64,000 nt of DNA from Epiperipatus broadwayi (taxonomy: Eukaryota > Animalia > Onychophora). Position 1 is the first letter of the stretch; each line of letters starts with the position of its first letter. The notes below the pieces were generated by a model that searched no databases, was not told where the DNA came from, and was given only the letters and a program-made list of their open reading frames with translations. The position numbers and the translations under genes are program-made. Positions 51,001-61,538 of this stretch are shown piece by piece. Location of the stretch: assembly GCA_028023455.1 (NCBI GenBank), contig JAQFVV010000003.1, positions 24,304,001 through 24,368,000 on the forward strand, read 5' to 3'.

Positions 51001-54000
51001 TGTTTACCTGTTTATAGTTTAATACTGACAGTATACTATAGTTATCTTATTTTTAATTATCTTACTTCAAATCTATAATAATTTTAACTATAATCCTGAA
51101 AATCAGAATTAGACAGTGATTAAGATAATCCAGAAAAACTTCCAAATGAAAAAAGATAAAATGTCAATGAACACAAATGTTATGATGAATATTAGATGCT
51201 TGAGTTATCTGTTCTAGCTTTGATTTCTAGTCCTCTCTGATAAAGATAAAAGTAAGAAACATCTAGATATGGAGATACTGTAGCATTTCTCCATCTGGTA
51301 TCCATTGATTATCTAAGTTTATAGTAAATGAATCTAGAATAGAATGAGTATATCTTCACTTTACATATATACACATTACTTGTCCCTATGAATTTTGCTG
51401 AATCAAAAGCTTCTTCAACATCTGCCTGCCCATTATGGTAGTAGCTAGCATAATGGGATTTGAACATCGCATAAAACAAATAAAATTTGAAAATGAAATA
51501 AAATGATTTTTATTTCCAGTTAGTAATTATAAAACAATAACCGTACATTAGTAACAATCAGCCTTGCATCAACAGGAGATAAACTTATTACATATTTTAT
51601 AAACTTTTCAATATTTATCTGAATTATTATTATTAAGTGTCTTGGAGGCATACAAAATTTTTAGTTAAAATTGGGTAGACATGTAAACTGAGATCTGCAC
51701 CTTCTTTCTGCATCTTCAGCAGAAATAAATTGTGTAAAGACAATTACTTCTCTTATTGCTTTGCTGGTCTTGTGAAACTTGTCACTTTTTTTTAATTATT
51801 AAAATACTATTTTCTAAAATCGTTATTAATTTATGTGAAGGTTTTCCAATATTACATATATTTTGTTTTTGTTTTATAAATAACAACTAAATGTTAAGTC
51901 CATGCTGCATTTTGTGTGAATTAGTTTTTTAGTTAGATATTTTGTACAGGTAGTTGTGCAGTCATAGTTGGAGAAAAATTAACAAAAGTATATTTTCATC
52001 AACTATGATCGAACAACTACTTAAAAAAAATATCTAATGAAACAACTTTAATTTAAAGCCCGTTATTATTTGGGTCACCACAATTCTTCAACTTCGCAAT
52101 AACCTTGACAAGGATTAATGAGATTTCATCCATACCTCTGGTAGTCAATTTCTGCAAGAGAATTTCTTTATCTGTAAATGGGGATTTTTTAAAGAAACTT
52201 TAAACAGGATGTTTTAAATGCCAAATAAAAGAATTTAACCAACATATAAGACAAATACAATATATGTCCCAAATTTTCCTTCATTTTATCTTTTAACTAT
52301 GGAAATTTTCATTATAATATACTGATATGTAGATATAAGAAAATTGATTTTTCACTTCACATATATATATATTTTTATATAAATCACTGTATAATTTTGT
52401 GTTTTATTGCTGATATATAGATATATACATCCATAAAATTAAAAAGCAAACAGTATTAAATTACACATATAGAAGTGAAAATTTATTCTTGATATAGGGT
52501 TATTTTATCAAGAGATCATACAAGGTAGATTAATTAATAACTGATGAGCTATGAAATGATAATGTTGATAATTTCTAATGTTCTAAATCAATAAGAAAGT
52601 TATAGAAGTTTATAGCTTGAAGAAATATAAGAGATTGTATTTAGATTTTTTTCCATGGGTTTGAAACTTAGTCCAAATCTCTTGAAGATGTTGCACCTTC
52701 CATATTGATGCACAACTCAAGTTTTGTTGTTTGTGATTATTAATCTTGCTAGCCTTTTTTTTTTAAATGTTTAAACCCTTAAATTGATTAATATCTGCAA
52801 AAACACATGTTGTTTAGAGCTGCCCCCATCCCTAGCTTAATATTACTTTTCTTAAACGTAAATAAAATTTATTAATTGTATGAGAATTGTTTTTTTTCCT
52901 TCTTATAGTCTAGACTGTTTGTTTTTTTCAGTTTGTTTTTTACTCCCTGGTTCAGTCTTGAATTTAGGAAATGAAAAAAATATTTCCAATTCATTTATCA
53001 AGGATTTGGTTCTGACATTCTGAATTCCACTTAAAGAATAAATGAAGCCCATAGAATTCATTAAATATGCAAAATAATAGTTTTTAAAAAAGAAAAATGA
53101 ATTTTAAATATTAAAAAAAATTTCATCATTATTATTTATTAAATGTTCTTAAATTACAGAAATTAATTTGATACATTAAATAAAGATTGTGTGTTGTAAA
53201 AATATATTCTTTTGTGTCTGTATAAAGTTACAATGAAGTGTAATAAAAGCAGATTGCAATGTAAAATATTGGGGGGAAATGCAATTTTTAGCTTATTTTT
53301 TAATTGGAAATCATATATAAAATATATATGTAATTTTAAAAATAAGTAAATATTTCTATAATGCTCTTCTTCTTTTTGTATTGTTTTAATGTGTAAAAAA
53401 AATATTTCTTTTTTGCAGTTTTGACTGTTTTAGACTTCAGTTAGTGTTTTTCTTTTTAAAAAAATACTTAAATATACAGTGTGATTGAACTCGGAAGATA
53501 ACTAATAGTCAGTAGAAATTCCAAACATTAACAGTAATAAAAAGACATTGCAGAAATGAAAAAGACAAATGAAATATATTTTATTGAAACATATTTAAAT
53601 ATAAAAATCAGAATTGTTCATATTGTGATGATTCTGTGATTTTATAAAAGTGAAAGATGAACATTAAAGGATGATAGGAAAAATGTTAACATTTGAAACT
53701 GTGGTGTTCTATGAAAACTTTTGAGAATATCATGAATAGCAAGAAAAATGAACAAGTTGATGCATCATCCAAATAAATTGCAATTGTTTCTTGAAATACA
53801 AATGATGTAGTCAAAATTATCCTATTTTGTTTATATTTTGAGGTGATCTGATGTATTAGAAAAATATACGGTGCTCATCAATAAAAGTGGGAATAGTTGG
53901 AAACTCCATTGTTACAAAAATAAAAGTTGCTTTTAACTTCTTTAGTGATGTAGTGAAAATTACAGTACTGAAATATTATCCATTATTAGATAATCTCTAG

Positions 54001-57000
54001 TCTAATGAATGACTAATAAAAATCACTAATTGCTTTTAACTTGTTTCAAAAACCAAACATTTATCTACCACAGCCATCATTTAAAATTTGAAACCATTGG
54101 AATTTTGAACCTTTTTTTCAACAGCTGAAAATTTTCAAGCAAGCTTAGATTTTTTTTAAAAAATAACTAGCCCATATCCAATTCAGTTAGTTATCGAATT
54201 ATTATATTGTTCGGTAAATAGGTACTATATTGCTCTTAAAAACTTTCACTAATTGGAAGTTGTCTAACCTAGTGCATTCTTTATGTTTCTTCTAAAAAGA
54301 AATAATGGATAAGTATTTACCCTTAAGTGATTTTATATTTAATATCATAGACTTTCGCCCACTACTGACTTGAGAAAATATTTTGAAAGTAAATTAAAGC
54401 CCTAAATGTTTAGTCATACAATGTATTTTTATTATAAAAAATGTTGTTCGAATTTAATTTTTTATAATAAAATATACTCTGTCCATTATTTTTGAAAATA
54501 TGGAATAGTAAAATATTTCATTGACCTTATGTAAAGTGCATAAAAGGTTGTGTTATTATTGTTTATTAATGTTAGTATAGTGGAATGATTGATTTTTAAA
54601 GATAAAATAAGTTTAATATGTTTGTTATTTAGATTGAATTTAGTTCCATTTGTTTTATTTTGATAAAGTTTATTTAATTTTTATTTTTTTTAGATTTTAG
54701 TTATAAAGATTTGATTTCACCGGAAAATCTGAAGTTGATTGCAGATGCCGCACGTTGTGGAACTCATCGTAAAGTGGTAAATTGTTCAGACATGTGTTTT
54801 CATCAGAAATATCGTTCTTATGATGGAACATGCAATAATTTCCAACATGTTACCTGGGGAGCATCGCTTACTCCATTCAAGCGCTTATTAAAATCAGCAT
54901 ATGAAAATGGTTTTAATACTCCTATAGGTATTGTGCTGTTAGTATCTTACTAGGAATATGTTTGTTGTTGAGTGTGGAATGCTCAGGCTTTCAATTAAAT
55001 AAAATGAAAAAAAAAAGGGCTGTTATATTCAATCTGTCACTTGGTTATTTATACATCATATGACCTTTCTCAGTAATAACTTTATGGTTATTCTTAACAT
55101 TTAACACCATGTACTAAAAATGGTTAGAAGTAGACTTTTCCATCATCAAACACAAACTACTTTTTTCCAAAAACATTTTGAAGATGGAGGAAATAGAAAA
55201 ATTTATGAAATTATAAACATTTTGTATTGTGATATGTAAAATAATTTTAAAAAAGCAACATAAAGCAGAAACTTTAAAGTTTGTAGACAATGAAATAATT
55301 AGATTAACAATATAACAGACTAGTAGAAATGAAGTTGCAAAAAAAAAATATTAGGAAATTCTTGCTTAGTTTAAAATGAGGTATTATATGGAGAAAAAGC
55401 ATTACAATCAAGAAAGACATAATAAAGTTTGAAAGTCAAATTTTGTAAAAAAAAGAGGAAGTATTACTTTAAAATGGTTTATTGAGAATTGCAGTTAAAT
55501 ATACTTTTAATCTCTTATATTAAATTTGATATTGTTTTGTTAAAAAACATTTACATAAACTATTTATTGTCTCAATTGACAATGATATCTAAAACTTGAT
55601 TGTAAAGTAAGATCATTATTTTGAAGAAAAAAACTATAAATCCCTGTTACTAAAATATATAGTTGCTAATCTAATATTAAGTCTAAGATTAATTTCTTGT
55701 TTATGAAATTAATGCATTCCACAAGATTTAACATAATTAGATTTATGTGAAAGTTGGAAAAACTATAATTTTTTATTATTATGATATATTAATCTTTTTC
55801 TATTGGTGATCTTACTGAGTGTTTCTATTTTGAAAATATTTTTACAAAGCCTACATACATTATTTGAAGTATCATCTTTCTAATAATTTGCAAGTGCTAT
55901 ATTTTTTGTATGTACTTATTTAATGGTGTTGTTCTTAGATAGTTATTAGTAATTACTATTTTAAACTTCATTAAACATTAATATATCTTCTTATATATTT
56001 AAGTAATGAATGCATTTTAATTAACAGTTTTATGATTAATAAAGTTTTATTGTGTTGCTAATGCATGAAAGAAAAATATTTCCTCCTTCCTCTTTTTTTT
56101 TTATATAACTTTGATCAGTACAATAAGAAATAATGCTAATCTGCTGCTAATGAATGAAAGAAAGATATTTTCTTACTCTTTTTTTGTTAATTAATATAAT
56201 ACAAAAAGTTAATTTGCTGTTAGTGAATGAAAAATATATTTCTCCTCTCATTTTCAAATTGTAAAATTGAACTATTAAGTTATCTTTGAAGCTTGTGATA
56301 TATTTTGAATATTTTGCATGTCATATCTATATAATCTGTATATAGATAGATAAGTAGGTAATCTCGAGTTCAAGGCCTTGCAATATTTAAACATCTTCAA
56401 GTCATTACTTTGAACAGTACAATAAATGTAAAGATAATTGCTACAAAAATATCTTCAATCTCATATTCCTCATTGATGAAGATCAAGAGCCAGAAATTTA
56501 TTCTGGGGATTTGGTTGTCATCATTTACCTGGATTGCTGAAGTTAATGCAGATGTTAATTTTAAGTGAAGGATGTCATGTGATTATATGTTTTATAACTC
56601 ATAGAGTTAAATTAATAAGACAATGTGCTTGCAGTCTTAAATTTGAATTGAATGAAAATTTGTTACTGATAGCTCTCGAATTTTCTTCATCTGTGTCTTA
56701 TCTACATGGTTTATCACAATGCTAGAGTAAAACTCAAAAATTAAAGATTCCTGAGTCAAATCTCAAATGTCTGTTGCTCAAATATTATTTTTTGAGTAAT
56801 TTTACTATTAGATTTTTTTATTTTTAGAAATGCCATATTTTTTAAGCTTAAACTTGTTCTTGCATATTCTGTCAGCATTTCTGATAGATTTCATCCTTAT
56901 ACAATATGACAATGCCATTATCTTAAAACTAGGTTTTATGACACAATTATTAAGATATATATATATATATATATATAAAGCTTAAAAATTCATAGTGCGA

Positions 57001-60000
57001 AAAATCCATCAGAGAATAATTGATATGTTACAAATGTACTAAACTTTTCTGACAATATTCTGCAGTATCTTAACTTTGATAATTTCTTCAAAAGTATAAA
57101 TAAAAATATTGCTAATGAACACACATACACATTAACTCTACTAATAAACAAGCATTATGCACATGGAAATATAAAAGCTATAGATTTTACAGTGAAAAAA
57201 CTATCAATATAATAAAATAACTCCGCAGTCCTAGAATAGCCATTATAAGTGCAGTAAGTAATGAGTATGTCTCAAAACCCACATGACATTTCATTACTAT
57301 TGATAAAAAAACCTCAAAATTTAATTTTGTTTTTGTTGTCATTTTCTTTTGCTTTAATTCTGATTTATCTTCTGTTTATTCCTTCTTAAGTCAGGGGGCA
57401 ACATTTTTTATATAAGCAACAAGCATAAATGAATAACTTAAACTTAAATGTATGATTTGTTTATCTGTTTAATAGATTTTTCTCATACTATGCTTTTTTG
57501 TTTCTTACTAATAACATATTTCATTTGTTTTCAATCTGATGTTTTCTTTTATGTTCCTATTATTATAGTTACAACTGATTAAACTAGCATTTTTTATTAA
57601 TAAATATTTTAGATAGCCTTACATATTTTAAATATTAAAAACACTGTATTAAAGGTATATATAGTAGAAACAAGTCTCTCATGAGCTAAAGTATCTAGTG
57701 CTTGTCAGAAAACTAAGCCTTAAGATCTAGGAGTAAATGGACTAATTTATTCTGACAAAAAAAGTGGATATTTGCTTTTATGATTTTATTATTTGAATTG
57801 ATAGTACTTAATATTTTTTAAAATAATTGCTGTTAATAGTCTTTGTTGTGAAATTCACATGCATGTGTATTAAAGATAAGTTTTGCTCCAAAGGCAAATT
57901 GAATAACTAGAAAGATAAAGATTCCTGATCCAAATTTCATCCTATAACTTCTGATGCTCAGTCATGAATAATACTTGATCATCATCCTTGATAGATTTTG
58001 TAAAAAGTTAAAAAAACAATGGCCAATCTAATCGTTTCTCAAACTTTTTCATCCTCACATATTTAGATAAATATAAGATCAAACTATATTATCACATTCA
58101 AAGATTGTTTATAGATAACCAAAGTATTAATCCAGAATAGTATTCATTTATAGAACTGAAATCTGAGGCAATAATCAATAAAGGTAGCATCAGTCTTTTC
58201 AATATGAAACATTAAAGATAGCACTTTTTCATAGCAGTTCTGTAGTGGTCTAAATTTATCCTTTTTTAAACATGGATGATATTAATTATTAGAACATTTT
58301 TTGGAAATTTACAAAAATATTTTGATACTCCAAAATAAGAATAATCTACCATCAAAATAGTCTGATGGAAACATAATTTATAGAAAGAAAAAAAAATCCA
58401 AGTTGGTGAAGATGGTTTTGTACATATATTTGGATATAAATCTATTTCATGAAAAAAAAAAAACAAATATATTACTGTTTCATGAAATAGGTTTATATTC
58501 TTGGTGTTATATATCTGGTAAGCTGTATCATTAATTAAGGAATAAAGAAAATTAAAGATAGCTTAAGAATTTTTCATATAGCTGTAAATATTAAGCTTGT
58601 GGTTTCTAATGGTAAGATAAGAATGGAATTATTTGTTCTTTTAAGATTATTCTTAAAATTTTGATTATCAATTATTTCTAAAATACTTTTTATATTTTAT
58701 ATAGGTTGGAATCAATCTCATCTATATTTTGGTTTTCCTAAACCTTCTGCTCGTTTTATCTCTTATCAACTTATCAGAGCAAATAGCATTACAAGTGATT
58801 CAGCTATCACCCATATGGTAATGCAATGGGGCCAATTTTTAGATCATGATTTGGATTTAGCCATCAATGCTATAAGCCATGAAAGATTCTCTGATGGAGT
58901 AGATTGTAGGAATTCTTGTGACAATCAAATGCCTTGCTTTCCCATTACTGTGCCTGATAGTGATCCTCGTATACTTGATTCACGATGTATGGAATTTGTT
59001 CGATCTAGTGCTATTTGTGGATCAGGAAGCACCTCGATTTTTTTTAATGATGTAATGCCTCGTGAGCAAATTAATGATGTCACTAGTTTTATAGATGGAT
59101 CAAATGTATATGGAAATAGTGAAAAAATAGCTTTAGATCTCAGAGATGTCAGAGGCAATCGTGGTTTGCTCAAAATAGGAATTGTGATGGCATCTGGGAA
59201 ACCTTTAATGCCTCCTAATCAAAATGCTCCAATGGATTGTCAGCAAGATCCAAGAGTCCGTCATATAGGATGCTTTTTAGCAGGAGATATACGAGCCAAT
59301 GAACAGCTTGGTCTTTTGTCTATGCATACCTTATGGGTACGTGAGCATAATCATATAGTCTTGGAACTTCAAAAGATTAATCCTCATTGGGATGGGGATA
59401 TGCTTTATCATGAAGCTCGAAAAATTATTGGAGGGATGATGCAGCATGTAACATACAAACATTGGCTACCAAAGATTCTAGGACCTAAAGGAATGGATTT
59501 GCTTGGTGATTATAAAGGATATGATCCAAATGTGGATCCCTCAGTATCAAACAGTTTTGCAACAGCAGCTCTTAGATTTGGCCATACTCTTATCAACCCA
59601 GTACTGCACCGTTTAAATAATACCTTCCATCCTATACCTCAAGGACACATTCCATTACATAAAGCATTTTTTGCACCTCAAAAGTTAGTTGAAGAAGGTG
59701 GAATTGATCCTATTTTAAGAGGTTTATTTGCAGTTGGGGCTAAAAAATTAGAACCCCATCAATTTTTAAATTCAGAATTAACTGATAGACTATTTGAACT
59801 AGCCAGAAGTATAGCTTTGGATTTAGCAGCATTAAATATTCAGAGAGGTCGTGACCATGGCTTGACCTCATATAATGAATTTAGGAAGTTTTGTAATTTG
59901 ACTGTTGCAGATACGTTCCATGATCTGAGACATGAAATTCAAGATACTTCTGTGAGAGAAAAATTGCATCGCATATATGGTCATCCGGGTAAGTTGTTAA

Positions 60001-60615
60001 AGTGTATTTTCATTTAACTAATATGAATTAAATGAAGTAATTGATTTGGGTGCTAAGACCATACCAGCTACTTGTACAATGAAATAATTTAGAATAAGTA
60101 ATTTTATGAGAAGCTGTTGTGGTTTACAATTATTTATGGAAATTCTCAATGAGGTGTTTTTAATATATATGAAGAGAGATCAATTAATTAGTCTTGAAAC
60201 ACATATTTTTATTTTGGATACTGACATTGTCATAAGATATTATTTTATTTATTTATTTTTTCATCCAGGGGTTTATTTTAAATTCTGTAATTCTAATGTT
60301 AATGTATTTGTAATCCCTTGATCATAATTATAGGTAATTACATTTTAAAGAGTCCCCTACCTTTTTTTATAGTAATTTACAAAACTTTTAAGATTTTTTT
60401 TTTATTATTTTAAAATAGTATAATTATTAACATCAAATTAATTCTTTTTAATTATAGACACTTTTTTTTTACTTCAATATTAACTGTTTTTACATAGGTA
60501 ATATTGATCTTTTTGTTGGTGGCATAAGTGAAACACCCATAGAAGGAGCTAAAATGGGTCCAACATTCATGTGTTTAATTGTAGATCAGTTTAGAAGAGT
60601 AAGAGATGGTGACAG
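29813..60615 (+). CDS. Pxn: Peroxidasin-like heme peroxidase gene (partial) with two tandem peroxidase domains. Exons 29813-30046, 30749-32032, 36829-36946, 37969-38192, 42279-42539, 54694-54927, 58705-59988, 60498-60615
   Basis: All eight exons have AG/GT boundaries and compatible phases (1-1,1-1,1-2,2-1,1-1,1-1,1-1,1-2), giving 3757 nt of open frame. Motifs YRxxDGTCNN, [43 protein letters not shown]. The pro-region and the [11 protein letters not shown] motif are peroxidasin-type. Orthology to Pxn versus a paralogue is not established. Confidence 0.9.
30749..32032 (+). CDS. Pxn: Peroxidase domain 1, core exon (1284 nt)
   Basis: Poly-T-ag acceptor, G/gtaagt donor. Encodes [40 protein letters not shown]. 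Confidence 0.96.
34060..34387 (+). mobile_element. Retrozyme-like family A insertion: inverted 75-bp 5' segment (34061-34135) + sense segment containing a hammerhead, with a 10-bp TSD
   Basis: 34061-34135 is the reverse complement of 34271-34346; TSD AATACATCGT at 34050-59 and 34388-97; homologous to 45800-46540. Confidence 0.85.
34194..34246 (+). ncRNA. Type I hammerhead ribozyme (family A)
   Basis: CCAA CTGATGA GTGCT ggttt AGCAT GAA ATACTAT A / TTG. Core intact, predicted AUA cleavage after 34237. Stem I is partly decayed in this copy. Confidence 0.75.
35530..36440 (-). mobile_element. Penelope-like element relic (RT thumb + GIY-YIG)
   Basis: [61 protein letters not shown] across frameshifts. 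Confidence 0.7.
36829..36946 (+). CDS. Pxn: Peroxidase domain 1 exon ([14 protein letters not shown]...FKRLRDGDR)
   Basis: tgtag acceptor, AG/gtaac donor; not in the ORF track, read manually. Confidence 0.93.
37969..38192 (+). CDS. Pxn: Peroxidase domain 1 C-terminal exon (FWYENPGVF...[19 protein letters not shown])
   Basis: tctttcag acceptor, G/gtaac donor; [20 protein letters not shown]. Confidence 0.92.
38747..41719 (+). mobile_element. RTE-clade non-LTR retrotransposon with an open 985-aa APE-endonuclease + reverse transcriptase ORF (38747-41704) and a (TGA)6 tail
   Basis: APE motifs [31 protein letters not shown] motifs [30 protein letters not shown]-terminal WAGHIARR...RP..R...RW.DEI. 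Microsatellite 3' tail. 5' boundary not resolved. Confidence 0.95.
41961..42114. repeat. 57-bp inverted repeat (3 mismatches, 40-nt loop), CpG-rich
   Basis: 41961-42017 versus 42058-42114. Confidence 0.9.
42279..42539 (+). CDS. Pxn: Pro-region exon of peroxidase domain 2 ([23 protein letters not shown]...[25 protein letters not shown]...MKFNLS)
   Basis: attttcag acceptor, G/gtaagt donor, phase 1-1. Matches the peroxidasin GDPFV..SI.EA...LLALFRYP...ARA.EIFE.TL pro-segment. Confidence 0.9.
43991..45600 (-). mobile_element. Penelope-like element relic (RT + GIY-YIG, frameshifted) with a decayed hammerhead in the 3' region
   Basis: [92 protein letters not shown]. Hammerhead-like CAAGAA CTGAAGA...GAA...TA/TTCTTG at 43991-44043. 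Confidence 0.88.
45615..46540 (+). mobile_element. Retrozyme-like family A, locus 2: inverted segment (~45615-45793) + ~452-bp monomer x1.65 (45794-46540)
   Basis: Period 452 (ggagaagattgaa at 45795 and 46247); hammerhead copies at 45719-45773(-), 45882-45936(+) and 46337-46391(+), each with different mutations; no clear TSD. Confidence 0.8.
45719..45773 (-). ncRNA. Type I hammerhead ribozyme (family A) with an intact palindromic stem III
   Basis: The minus strand reads GATCT gag tCAA CTGATGA ATGCTggtttGTCAT GAA ATACGTAT A / TTGG AGAT. Confidence 0.75.
46620..47050 (+). mobile_element. Decayed copy of the RTE (RT N-terminal region)
   Basis: 46720-46860 aligns by eye to 40370-40510 of the intact RTE. 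Confidence 0.65.
47091..47157 (-). ncRNA. Isolated decayed hammerhead related to family B
   Basis: The minus strand reads CCTCA CTGATGA cagccagaacta GAA ACCAGT C / TGAGG. Confidence 0.6.
47745..48060 (-). mobile_element. 3' end of another LINE (RTE-X-like) with a (GAT)n tail
   Basis: The minus strand encodes [20 protein letters not shown] and ends in gatgatgat. Confidence 0.5.
48075..48600 (+). mobile_element. Decayed copy of the RTE 3' part
   Basis: gaagttaacaattacaaatatcttggtcagatt etc. match 41085-41600. Confidence 0.75.
48789..49150 (+). mobile_element. 3' fragment of a Penelope-like element (GIY-YIG C-terminus, stop at 49034, and 3' UTR)
   Basis: Frame from 48789: RASEH...[14 protein letters not shown]...[10 protein letters not shown]...AINRHD...KKW*; one in-frame stop. 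Confidence 0.72.
49970..50442 (+). mobile_element. Internally deleted hAT (Buster/SPIN-like) element, 473 bp
   Basis: TIRs CAGGGGTGGG / CCCACCCCTG; 8-bp TSD TGTTAATG / TGCTAATG; retains the transposase N-terminus ([16 protein letters not shown]...KAVSLLCHE) at 50218-50340. Confidence 0.85.
51950..52020. repeat. Imperfect 28-bp hairpin
   Basis: GTAGTTGTgcagTCATAGTTGgaGAAAA pairs with TTTTCatCAACTATGAtcgaACAACTAC. Confidence 0.6.
53560..53800 (+). mobile_element. Highly decayed LINE C-terminal fragment
   Basis: Frameshifted FE.WC..K....S...KNEQV pattern typical of RTE-type C-termini. Confidence 0.4.
54694..54927 (+). CDS. Pxn: Peroxidase domain 2, N-terminal exon ([12 protein letters not shown]...[20 protein letters not shown]...NTPIG)
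   Basis: Poly-T-ag acceptor, G/gtattg donor; 234 nt, the same size as the domain 1 counterpart. Confidence 0.93.
56468..56510 (+). ncRNA. Isolated decayed hammerhead related to family B
   Basis: CCTCA ttgatga agatcaagaGCCA GAAA tttattc TGGGGAT aligns with the family B ribozyme. Confidence 0.55.
58705..59988 (+). CDS. Pxn: Peroxidase domain 2, core exon (1284 nt)
   Basis: atag acceptor, G/gtaagt donor. Encodes [40 protein letters not shown]. Confidence 0.96.
60498..60615 (+). CDS. Pxn: Peroxidase domain 2 exon ([14 protein letters not shown]...FRRVRDGDR); the next exon lies beyond the window
   Basis: catag acceptor, AG/gtaac donor; 118 nt like the domain 1 counterpart. Confidence 0.93.
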
Positions 60616-60739
60616 GTAACATATTTGATGATGATTATATATATATAGTAATGTTTTTTATGTGTATTAAAGTGGTAATTCTCTATATACACTTACAAAT
60701 AACAGTATGTTGTTGGTAAACAGTTATAATTTACACATA

Positions 60740-61410
60740 TATTCTTCATTTACAGATATTGTCAATCCACTGCAGAATAAAAGTTTCTGCAATCTCTAGT
60801 CTCTTTTTCCCACAATATGCCAGAAAACTTTCTTATTTTATCCATACATACATCTCACACCTGGTCATTTTCTAGGCATTTCACAAATGATTCAGGATTT
60901 AGTTTAAGATTTCAACTGTCTGCCTATTATCATCTTTTCTAGAAATAGGTCTAGTGAAACTTCACTTCAATCTTAAATTTTTTCAATATAAGTGATACTT
61001 GTTTGTACCTTTATCCGTGTATTTCTTATTACTTTTAGCATTAAATCTTTCAATATTTCATTGAGAGATCAGAAGTCTTTGAATTATTCTTCTATTAAGT
61101 ATCCAAATCTCAAATCCATAAGTAAGAACTGATAAAGCAAGTCTATTAAAAATCTTCCTTTTCAAACATGTAGGCATATTTCTTTCTAATATTAAGTTAT
61201 TTCTACATTATATTTTCATGTGTATTAATAAACTGATCAAGGTATTTTTAGTTGCTAGCTTTTAATTTATAATAATCTTTATTTTCATTGAACATTACTT
61301 TAGTCTTTTTAGGATTGGTTATCATACTTCAGATTTATTTGTCATGATCATAATTTCCATTAATCTTGATTTGGTAATTTGAAGTGGCATGAATTGCTAT
61401 GTCTTAGCTT
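60740..61410 (-). mobile_element. Decayed RTE copy, antisense
   Basis: The reverse complement of 61020-61200 aligns to 41225-41400 (aaatatgccta..tgtttgaaaagga, cagttcttacttatggat). Confidence 0.7.
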
Positions 61411-61538
61411 GTTGACTGTGCCAAGTTTTGCTATGTCTTAGCTCACTAATCCCCTGAGTAAAAATAACAAATTTCGTATGGAATATTATTTTTTGAGGAC
61501 TTAAAGAACTCAGTGAAGACTTCAATTTATACAATTTA

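Noticed and set aside
52535-52570. CTGATGAGCTATGAAAT minimal hammerhead candidate
   Set aside because: No stem I complementarity around the putative cleavage site.
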